Assembly (NCBI RefSeq): GCF_006345805.1 | Contig: NW_021826284.1 | Span: 1-13,110 of the forward strand | Direction of reading: 5' to 3' | Source: Octopus sinensis | Lineage: Eukaryota | Length of the DNA: 13,110 bases | Shown here: in pieces, positions 1-7,785 of the stretch | Position numbering within the stretch: position 1 is the first letter of the stretch | Layout: each line of letters opens with the position of its first letter | The notes under the pieces: model-generated | What the model was told of the DNA's origin: nothing | Seen by the model: the letters and a program-made list of their open reading frames with translations, nothing else | Database searches by the model: none | Program-made: the position numbers and the translations under genes

Positions 1-285
1 CTTATTCACTGATCCGCAACCCGGACGGAGAAAGCTCCTCTCCTTCGATTGAGATGAAATCGTCGCAGGTAGAGCTTTTCGGAGTGACCCCGCAGCCGAC
101 GCTCTGGAGCAGGAGTGAAGAACAACTCTTTCGAGAGGTTACACTTTCCGCTTATGATGTTGTGGGCGAGAATGAGATCACCACGGCGGCGGCGTTTTTC
201 TAGAGAATAAAGGTCAAGCGTCCTCAGCCTTTCTTCATAGGACAAACTTTTGAGACCATGAACCATGCGGGTAGCCATGCGGGGT
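1..285 (-). mobile_element. CR1-clade LINE ORF2 C-terminal fragment (decayed, runs off the left edge)
   Basis: Minus translation ATRMVHGLKSLSYEERLRTLDLYSLEKRRRRGDLILAHNIISG...RLRGHSEKLYLRRFHLNRRRGAFSVRVAD matches the typical CR1 post-RT motif (YEERL..L.L.SLE.RR.RGDLI...RGH..KL...FS.RV..WN.LP). A 1-nt deletion breaks W-N-K at the edge. Only about 1-285 of the listed ORF 6..383 is CR1-like. Confidence 0.85.
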
Positions 286-750
286 TTGTTTGATGAAGTT
301 ATTAAATCGTCCTGTATGATGTTATGTCGTTCAGGTCTCACATCCACGGAAGCAGTGTGGAAGGCATAACAACCTGACACCAAAACTTTTGTTTTAACCT
401 TTCATCTGTCCCGTGTATTACATGCGATACCCAGAATATATTTCCTTAATGTTCATGAATCCTATATGCTACACATTTCTCAGTTTTTTTGAACCACCAG
501 ATTAACTTGGAACTTATGAAAGAAAAGCTTTAACTTTGCTGGGGAAGCTTTGTTGCCGGCAGACAGCAGCTCAAAAGTCATGGTCATACGTGTACTGTAC
601 TTTGTTTTAAGATGTCATAGGTTGAAAAATCCTTCATTGCATATATAAAACAAGGGCTAACTAACAGGCTGAAATCATGCATGGGCATTTAGGATAAACT
701 TATGAAAATGTTTTGGACAGGCAAAGGGGTTCAGTTTTAGATAACTGTTG
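285..750 (-). mobile_element. RTE-clade LINE reverse transcriptase fragment, copy 1 (frameshifted, internally deleted)
   Basis: Minus frames give FACPKHF (cf. KFGCPEKF), EGFFNL*HLKTKYSTRMTMTFELLSAGNKA (cf. DGKLFNLRRL.AKTK...ELLFADD), VAYRIH and VVMPSTLL/GCET*TT (cf. VV.PTLLYGCETWT). Confidence 0.65.
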
Positions 751-759
751 TAGAAGGCA

Positions 760-1190
760 GGACGTGAGGCGTGCCCAAAGGTTTTATGGGTAGCTTGAAA
801 TTGATTGGTTATATACTCCTTTTAGAAAAAAAATTGGGAAAGATGCTGCTGAAAGAAAAAAGAAGGAAACTTCGACAAATTCACCATGGGTAGTAATTTA
901 AGGGAGGTTTTCCTTCTGCGCTGATTTAACAAGAACATTCGTCTTAGAGATGCTGACAGTGAAACCAAACATTTCATAAGTGTAAACAAATGCATTGGAG
1001 AGGATTTGTAGATCGAATTTGATTAAGGATTCTGCAGCTTTGTCGCCGACAAACAGCAGCTCACAAACCATGGTCATACGTATACCTTATTTTGTTCTAA
1101 GATGACATAAATTGAAAACTCTCCATCGTACATATATTGCATGGTTAATCTAGGTTTGGATTCACTGCTGATTTTCATCTGTACTGTAGT
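760..1190 (-). mobile_element. RTE-clade LINE reverse transcriptase fragment, copy 2
   Basis: Minus translation across frameshifts: MQYMYDG/VFNLCHLRTK*GIRMTMVCELLFVGDKAAESLIKFDLQILSNAFVYTYEMFGFTVSISKTNVL...P*ITTHGEFVEV, matching RTE/BovB-type ELLFADD...DLQ.L...F......FGLTISLKKTEV...I.I.G..LEVV. Confidence 0.75.
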
Positions 1191-1251
1191 CATATAATAT
1201 TGAAAAAAAAAATAATAAAAAAGCAAGTGAAAATATGCAACTTTGTTTAAC

Positions 1252-1316
1252 GGCGGTGCCCCAGCATGGCCACAGCTCAAGAGCTGAAACTAGAAAACAT
1301 AAACATAAAATATAAA
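1252..1316 (+). mobile_element. Extreme 3' end of the CR1-type LINE also seen at 9606-9995, with a short (CATAAA)-like tail
   Basis: ggcggtgccccagcatggccacagctcaagagctgaaacta is nearly identical to the reverse complement of 9628-9668. Confidence 0.8.
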
Positions 1317-1896
1317 CTATTGTTCATACCAAAATAAGAAATAAATGAGCATAACACTTGACCTGTCATGATATTATGAACAGAATGGACTGCGTCCTGG
1401 ATCAAACATAGGCCGAAACAAGGCGCCAAATGCCTACAGTTCCATCAGGTACTTGCTACATTCAACCAGTCGGACTCTGTAATCAGTGAAAGTTCCACTT
1501 TAGTGTTCTATAGAGGTTTAATGTTGAACACGAGTCACGGCGTTTCCTGACTCACTCTAAGATTCGACGAGAATCAACTGGCTTTTCTGTTCTGGAGGAC
1601 TTTCAGGCCGGCATTAAAAGATAGTTTCCCGAAACTTCTAGCCTATCAGTTCTACCGAGGTGGAGGCAGCATTGCGATTCCAGTTAAGAAATAGTGACAG
1701 CTGGGTCTACCCAAAATGCGCGCAGAGCAACGAAACTATGCCCGGGTGTTGCTCACTTGTGCAATTTATTATGCCGGACACCAGATGTCGCGAGCAGCAC
1801 GGTTCCGACTAACAGCTGCGTCGTTTGAGAAGACTGTCCCACCGCTTTCCCTTTTCCCGGGAAAGGTTGTGTGATGGACAAGACTGAAAGAACTGA

Positions 1897-1937
1897 AGAC
1901 AGGACACGTTTCTCTTTAGCCTAGCCCTCATCAGTTA
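1897..1937 (-). other. Hammerhead-ribozyme-like core motif (degenerate, Penelope-like?)
   Basis: Minus strand reads aaCTGATGAgggctaggctaaagaGAAACgtGTC: both catalytic boxes plus a minimal GAAAC-NN-GTC stem III. Stem II and stem I pairing are poor. Confidence 0.3.
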
Positions 1938-2160
1938 TTTAATTTTTTTTTTTTGTAATTTTATAATTTTTACTTGAAAAGTAAAATGAAGGGAGACAGG
2001 GAAATGTTGCAATTTTATTAGAAACTGAGTGAGAGTGACGAACTTCATTCAGTCACAAATCACCAACATGGTGATCTCAGAAAATGTCTGAATATTGCTG
2101 ACATCAAATTATTTTCCATGAAATAGTCGTCAGAAGATATTGCGAATAAATTTTCCCCAA

Positions 2161-2301
2161 AGTGCGTGCGTGCGTGTAATTTGTGTATGTATATGTGCTT
2201 TTGTGTGTGTGTGTATGTGTACGTGCGTGCGTGAGTGTGTGTGTACGTGTACGTATACGTTATGTATATAGTTGCTCATACACGTATATACATATACCTG
2301 C

Positions 2302-2365
<64 letters not shown>

Positions 2366-2420
2366 ATATATATATACATATATATATGTATATGTATATG
2401 TATTATATATGTGTATATGC

Positions 2421-2483
<63 letters not shown>

Positions 2484-2669
2484 GTACATATGTATATGTA
2501 TATGCATATATATACATATATATGCATATATGTGTGTGTGTATATATATATATATATACATATAACAATACGTGTTTGGCGGTATATATCTGTGCATGCT
2601 GCATGCGTCTATACCTATAGTGTGCTTTTTGTTTGTGTGTATGCGTGTATGCGTCGTGTGTGCATATGT

Positions 2670-2710
<41 letters not shown>

Positions 2711-2785
2711 TGTGCTTTTGTGTGTGTGTATATGCGTGTGCATGCATGCACGTATGTGTGTGTGCGAACGCGCGCGTGTAAGCAT
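2161..2785. repeat. Compound (GT)n/(AT)n/(GC-interrupted) dinucleotide microsatellite
   Basis: Direct reading; explains all the Y/I/V/C/H/T-rich ORFs here. Confidence 0.97.
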
Positions 2786-2845
2786 GACTGTTGGGATTTC
2801 ACATTCACTGCTCAAACGTCATTTCAAACAGTTTTTTTTCTTTTA

Positions 2846-2933
2846 TTGTTGTTGTTGTTGTTGTTGTTGTTGTTTTTTGGTGTTGTTGTTTGTTGTTTGT
2901 TGTTTGTTGTTTTTGTTGTTGTTGTTGTTGTTC
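2846..2933. repeat. (GTT)n microsatellite
   Basis: Direct reading. Confidence 0.95.
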
Positions 2934-3015
2934 ATTTCGTTCCTGTCAAAAACAAGAAACCAATCGTGGAAATATTTTTATACATCATCAAAGCAAAAGA
3001 TCTTTCATTCAGGAA

Positions 3016-3031
3016 ACTACTACTGTCAATG

Positions 3032-3062
<31 letters not shown>

Positions 3063-3109
3063 CACTACTGCTACTGCTGCTGCTACTACTACTAATACTA
3101 CTACTACTC

Positions 3110-3148
<39 letters not shown>

Positions 3149-3175
3149 TTAATAATGATGATGATGATGATAATA
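3016..3175. repeat. Compound trinucleotide array (TAC)/(TGC)/(TAA)/(GAT); the right end serves as the tail of the adjacent SINE
   Basis: Direct reading. Confidence 0.95.
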
Positions 3176-3349
3176 ATCCTTTCTACTATAGGCACGAGGC
3201 CTGAAGTTTTTGGAAAAGGACTAGTTGATTACATTGACCCCCCAGTAATTTATTGACTCCGGCGGAATTTGAACTCAGAACGTAGCGGCAGACGAAATAC
3301 CGCTAAGTATTTCGCCGGGCGTGCTAACTATTCTGCCAGTTCGCTGCCT
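3175..3349 (-). mobile_element. tRNA-derived SINE, family A, internally deleted copy
   Basis: Minus: AGGCAGCGAACTGGCAGAATAGTTAG...GAGTTCAAATTCCGCC head with A/B-box-like motifs, and 3' end ggcctcgtgcctatagtagaaaggattatt. It lacks the central gactttgcctttcatcctttcggg segment present in the other copies. Confidence 0.9.
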
Positions 3350-3355
3350 TTACAG

Positions 3356-3378
3356 TTATAATAATAATAATAATAATA

Positions 3379-3413
<35 letters not shown>

Positions 3414-3446
3414 TGACAACAACAACAACAACAATAAAACAATAAT
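3356..3446. repeat. (TAA)n/(CAA)n microsatellite
   Basis: Direct reading. Confidence 0.95.
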
Positions 3447-3666
3447 AGTGTTTTCAAGTCTGACATAAGTCCAATAAATTCGCAATCGGGGGTAAGTCCA
3501 TTACATGAACCTCAGTATTTATCTGGTACTCATTTTATCGACTCCGAAAGGATAAAATGTAAAGACGACCTCGGTGGAATTTGAACGCAGAACGTAGCGA
3601 CAGACGAAATGCCGTTTCGCTAAGTATCCCGCTCGACAGGCTAACGATTCTGCCATCTCGCTACCT
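3447..3666 (-). mobile_element. tRNA-derived SINE, family A, older diverged copy
   Basis: Plus text tttatcgactccgaaaggataaaatgtaaagacgacctcggtggaatttgaacgcagaacgtagcgacagacgaaat...ctgccatctcgctacct aligns to the other family A copies. Confidence 0.85.
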
Positions 3667-3717
3667 GTTGTTGTTGATGATGATGATACTACTACTACTA
3701 CTAATAATAATAATAAT

Positions 3718-4139
3718 CTCTCTCTTTTATTCTCTCTTTTACCTGTTTAAGTCATTTTGACCGCGGCCATGCTGGAGCACCGCCTTTTAGTCGAGCAAAT
3801 CGATTTCGGGACTTATTCTCTGTAAGCCCAGTGCTTATTCTATCGGTCTCTTTTGCCGAACTGCTAAGTAACGGGGACGTAAACACACCAGCATCGGTTG
3901 TCAAGCAATGCTAGGGGGACAAACACAGACACACAAATACACACACACACACATATATATATATATACATATATACGACAGGCTTCTTTCAGTTTCCGTC
4001 TACCAAATCCACTCACAAGGCATTGGTCGGCCCGGGGCTATAGTAAAAGACACTTGCCCAAGATGCCACGCAGTGGGACTGAACCCGGAACCATGTGGTT
4101 GGTTAGCAAGCTACTTACCACACAGCCACTCCTGCGCCT
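3718..4139 (-). mobile_element. Full-length tRNA-derived SINE, family B (CORE-like body; resembles described octopus OR-type SINEs, name not verified)
   Basis: Minus: AGGCGCAGGAG-TGGCTGTGTGG (A box, 4118-4128)...GGTTCAGTCCC (B box, 4075-4085), CORE-like catcttgggcaagtgtc, an internal (TA)/(TG) tract, and 3' end ggcggtgctccagcatggccgcggtcaaaatgacttaaacaggtaaaaga. Confidence 0.9.
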
Positions 4140-4151
4140 ATATAATAATAA

Positions 4152-4367
4152 TAATCCTTTCTATTATAGGCACAAGTCCTGAAATATTGAGGGAGAGTAA
4201 TACTCGATTATATCGTTCCCAATGCATAACTGGTACGTATATCATCGACACTGAAAGGATAAAAGACAAAATCGACCTCTGCAGAATTTGAACTTAGGAC
4301 GTAAAACCGGACGAAATACCGCGAAGCATTTAATCCCGCGTGTTGGCGTTCTACCAGCTTGCAGCCT
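4152..4367 (-). mobile_element. tRNA-derived SINE, family A, diverged copy
   Basis: Same 3' end (aatcctttctattataggcacaag on plus), body (gaaaggataaaagacaaaatcgacctc) and B-box region (gaatttgaac). Confidence 0.85.
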
Positions 4368-4374
4368 CATTAAT

Positions 4375-5141
4375 AATAGTCCTTTCTACTATAGACACAA
4401 GGTCTGAAGTTGTTGGGGAGGAGACTAGTCGATTACATCGATCTGAGTGCTTTACTGGTACTTAATTTATCGACCCCGAAGGGATGAAAAGCAAAGTCGA
4501 ACTCGGCGGAATTTGAACTCAGAACGTAGCGGCAGACGAATACCTATTTCTTTACTACCCACAAGGGGCTAAACACAGGGGACAAACAAGAACAGACAAC
4601 GGATTAAGTCGATTATATATCGACCCCGGTGCGTACGGTATTTATTTGATCGACCCCGAAAGATGAAGGCAAAGTCGAACTCGGCGGAATTTGAACTCAG
4701 AACGTAGCGGCAGACGAAATACCTATTTCTTTACTACCACAAGGGGCTAAACACACAGGGACAAACAAGAACAGACAAACGGATTAAGTCGATTATATAT
4801 CGACCCCGGTGCGTAACTGGTATTTATTTGATCGACCCCGAAAGGATGAAAGGCAAAGTCGAACTCGGCGGAATTTGAACTCAGAACGTAGCGGCAGACG
4901 AAATACCTATTTCTTTACTACCCACAAGGGGCTAAACACACAGGGGACAAACAAGAACAGACAAACGGATTAAGTCGATTATATATCGACCCCGGTGCGT
5001 AACTGGTATTTATTTGATCGACCCCGAAAGGATGAAAGGCAAAGTCGACCTCGGCGGAATTTGAACTCAGAACATAACGGCAGACGAAATACCGCTAAGC
5101 ATTTCGCCCGGCGTGCTAACGTTTCAGCCAGCTCGCCGCCT
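4375..5141 (-). mobile_element. Family A SINE multimer: one head, three internal tandem units and one terminal 3' end
   Basis: Intact head AGGCGGCGAGCTGGCTGAAACG (A box 5120-5130), B box GTTCAAATTC (5057-5066), standard 3' end at 4375-4420. Confidence 0.92.
4541..5089. repeat. Tandem array of three SINE-derived units (179, 184, 186 bp)
   Basis: The register word tacc after gacgaa(a) starts at 4541, 4720, 4904 and 5090. Units differ almost only by 1-2 nt indels. Confidence 0.95.
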
Positions 5142-5750
5142 GGAACTTCACCATTCAAACTGACAGAAGATAGATGCAAATAGGCCAGACATCATATTGA
5201 AAGACTTCAAACAAAGAACATGCCTCCTCATTGATATGACTGTCCCAATCGATATAAACGTAATCTGTCAGGACCTACCAAAAACTGAGCAAATATAAAG
5301 ATCTTGAAATAGAAATCAGCAAAATGTGGAAGCTGAAGACTAAACAATACCTGTTGTCATAGGTGCCCTGGGAATGATAGCAAAAGGGGCTGATAGCTAC
5401 CTAACTCAGATACCAGGAAACCCAAAAATGGCAGAAGTTCAAAAGATAGTGCTCATGGGAACTGCTCATATCCTACGCAAAATACTCTCTATGTAACCTC
5501 AAGTTTTAAACAACCATAATTTTCGGTTAAAAAAAAAAAAAAAAAAACTTTTTTTTTTTTTTAGACATTCATTAGTAAACATCCCCACCCCCCAAATATA
5601 TGGCACACTAGGCATAACAACAACATGAACTTCCAACCCTGTTGTCTCTTGAGGTCTCTGGGTGAGACTTGGAGCCAACTTGTACAAATATAAAGCAAAA
5701 GTCAAACATAGAATAATAATAATAATGATGATGATAATAATAATAATGTG
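5141..5750 (+). mobile_element. Dong/R4-clade LINE 3' fragment (restriction-like endonuclease, 3' UTR, (AAT)n tail), 5'-truncated
   Basis: With frameshifts: WNFTIQTDR/IDANRPDIILKDFKQRTCLLIDMTVPIDINV/TYQKLSKYKDLEIEISKMWKLKT/TIPVVIGALGMIAKG...VQKIVLMGTAHILRKILSM* (stop 5494-5496). This is the RPD...LID...K REL motif. The UTR ends ...aagtcaaacatagaataataat. Confidence 0.88.
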
Positions 5751-6057
5751 CTTCTAATACGAAGGGCAAAACAATAAATTCATAATGAATCAACAAAAAC
5801 AAATATAATATTATAAATACCACAAGCAAAATGTAAATAAATAATAACCGATAAGACAATGACAAAGACAACAACAACAACAATAACAATATTATCAAAC
5901 ATCTAACAATTAAAACTGTATAGTTGTATATGGTGTCAGTAATATCCTGGTCATACTGGCGTCGTCGTGGTGCTGCAACTCGACAAAAACAATCCAATAC
6001 AGATCCGGTATGGACATATTTAATTCCGGTTATGTATATTTAGATAGAGATGTGTAT

Positions 6058-6059
6058 CT

Positions 6060-6103
<44 letters not shown>

Positions 6104-6154
6104 GTATATATATATATATATATATAATATATATATGTATATATATGTATATAT

Positions 6155-6214
<60 letters not shown>

Positions 6215-6260
6215 ATACACATATATATACCCACATATAATATATATACATATATATATA
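6058..6260. repeat. (TA)n microsatellite
   Basis: Direct reading. Confidence 0.97.
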
Positions 6261-6439
6261 CAAAGCAATAAGGGTTTAGCAACGAGTTGCCTTACCACAT
6301 ACCGATTTAGAAATAGCAGTCAAAGGGTTATAGCTATTTCTTCTACTAAAAAGGGAGATCTCAGAGCTAAACCCTTTGACTGCTATTTTCTAATTCGGTA
6401 TGTGGTAAGGCAACTCGTTGCTAAACCCTTATTGCTTAG
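6261..6439. mobile_element. MITE-like foldback element 1 (about 75-bp inverted arms, 29-bp spacer, TA flanks)
   Basis: Left arm caaagcaataagggtttagcaacgagttgccttaccacataccga...gcagtcaaagggttatagct (6261-6335) is the reverse complement of 6365-6439 with only a few differences. TA at 6259-6260 and 6440-6441. Confidence 0.85.
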
Positions 6440-6537
6440 TATTACTTAAATTTTCCTCGAATGAGGCTTTTACATGCCGAAGACTACTTGGTGTAATTGA
6501 TAATTTTTCCAAATTAATTAATTTCACCCTTCATTAT

Positions 6538-6552
6538 TACATATATATATAC

Positions 6553-6583
<31 letters not shown>

Positions 6584-6611
6584 CATATATGGATATACAC
6601 ACACACACACT
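6538..6611. repeat. (TA)n/(CA)n microsatellite
   Basis: Direct reading. Confidence 0.9.
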
Positions 6612-6623
6612 CATGTGAGTATA

Positions 6624-7045
6624 AGGCGCAGGAGTGGTTGTGTGGTTAGTATCTTGCTTACCAACCACATGGATCCGGTCTCAGTTCCACTGCGAGGCAC
6701 CTCGAGCAAGTGTCTTCTACTATAACCTCGGGGCCGACCAAAGACTTGTGAGTGGATTTGGTAAGCAGAAACTGAAAGAAGTCCGTCATATACGTGTGTG
6801 TGTGTTGTGTGGTGGTGTTGGTGGTGTGTGTTGTGTGTGTGGTGTGTGTGTGTGGTGCGTGTGTGTGTGCGTGTGTGGTGTGTGTGTATCTCAACGAACT
6901 TGGTGCATTATTTCCGCATAACTTAAGCGATTGAGCAAAAGAAATCGATAGTGCCAGGCTTTGCAGAAAAATAAGTGCTGAGGTCGAGTAAAATTCTTCT
7001 TGGTAGTGTCCCAGTGCGGTTACAGTCTAATAAGTGAACAACAAT
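6624..7045 (+). mobile_element. SINE family B, diverged copy with an expanded internal (GT/GGT) tract
   Basis: The head aggcgcaggagtggttgtgtggttag...gaaactgaaagaag matches 4139-3980 on minus. The decayed 3' half (taacttaagcgattgagcaaaagaaatcgatag...ggtagtgtcccagtgcggttacagtctaat) aligns to the 3' half of 3718-4139. Confidence 0.85.
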
Positions 7046-7070
7046 ATATATATATTATATATATATATTA

Positions 7071-7360
7071 AATCAATAAATGGTGGGGTTGTGTTGACCG
7101 CACGTGGAGAAATGAGAGGCGAGGAAAAATTATAAAAGGCAGAATGCTAAAGAGGTAAATTTTGATTAAAATGGGTGTATAAAAACATTTTTTAAATATT
7201 TTTTTTAATCTTTTAAATTAAAAATTTTTTGATTTTTTAAAGTTTCCATACAACCATTTTTATTAAAATTTACTTCAATTTAGCATTCTGCCTTTTTATA
7301 ATTTTTCCTCGCCTCTCATTTCTCCACGTGCGGTCAACACAACCCCACCATTTATTGATT
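7071..7360. mobile_element. MITE-like foldback element 2 (81/82-bp near-perfect arms plus degenerate inner arms) inserted in (TA)n
   Basis: aatcaataaatggtggggttgtgttgaccgcacgtggagaaatgagaggcgaggaaaaattataaaaggcagaatgctaaa (7071-7151) is the reverse complement of 7279-7360 except for one A-run indel. TA at 7069-7070 and 7361-7362. Confidence 0.9.
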
Positions 7361-7780
7361 TATATATATATATATATATATATATTATACATATATATAT
7401 ATATACATACATATATACATATATACATATATACATACATATATATATGTGTGTGTGTGTATATATATATATATATAATACATACATACGTATATATATT
7501 CATACGTATATACATTTGTATGTATATATCTATGTACGCATGCACCTATGAATAAATGCATCCATGCATGCATTGATGCATTCATGTACGTATGTATGCA
7601 TGCATGTATGTATGTTTATAGTTATTTATGACTGTGTGCATTCATGAATGTATTTATCTATGTAGTTATAATTGCCAACAACATACATACACACACACAC
7701 ACATATATATATACACACGCACACGCACACACATGTACAAACACTGAAACACACACACACACACACATACACACGTACAC
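7361..7780. repeat. Compound (TA)/(TACA)/(TGCA)/(CA) low-complexity region
   Basis: Direct reading. Confidence 0.9.
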
Positions 7781-7785
7781 ACTAA

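Noticed and set aside
2000-2160. Possible exon between ttttattag and aaa|gtgcgt
   Set aside because: All three plus frames hit stops and there is no recognisable protein.
2935-3015. KPIVEIFLYIIKAKDLSF loosely resembles Dong/R4 ETEGFIIAAQDQSL
   Set aside because: Too short and weak, with no flanking LINE motifs.
2183-3256. Long ORFs (up to 207 aa) with poly-YI, VC, L, I, T, N runs
   Set aside because: Open only because the microsatellites lack stops. The 2633..3256 tail (STIGTRPEVFGKGLVDYIDP) is antisense SINE sequence.
3898-4291. ORFs of 94 and 127 aa (e.g. IVKDTCPRCHAVGLNPEPCGW); similarly 6634..6921 and 6658..6894
   Set aside because: Translations of SINE sequence, not genes.
4541-5089. 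CRISPR-like or tRNA-gene-array appearance of the tandem units
   Set aside because: Units are near-identical with no unique spacers. Only a B box recurs and no tRNA cloverleaf forms; they are SINE-derived.
6003-6043. Short imperfect tandem duplication around tccggt (a similar one with ccggat at about 10152-10194)
   Set aside because: About 20-bp imperfect duplications are common slippage products and the two loci are not otherwise related.
5608-6050. 129-aa minus ORF with a hydrophobic stretch and a short CpG-rich patch (RRRQYDQD)
   Set aside because: The hydrophobic part comes from (CAA)/(TAA) repeats. No recognisable domain or consistent splice pair.
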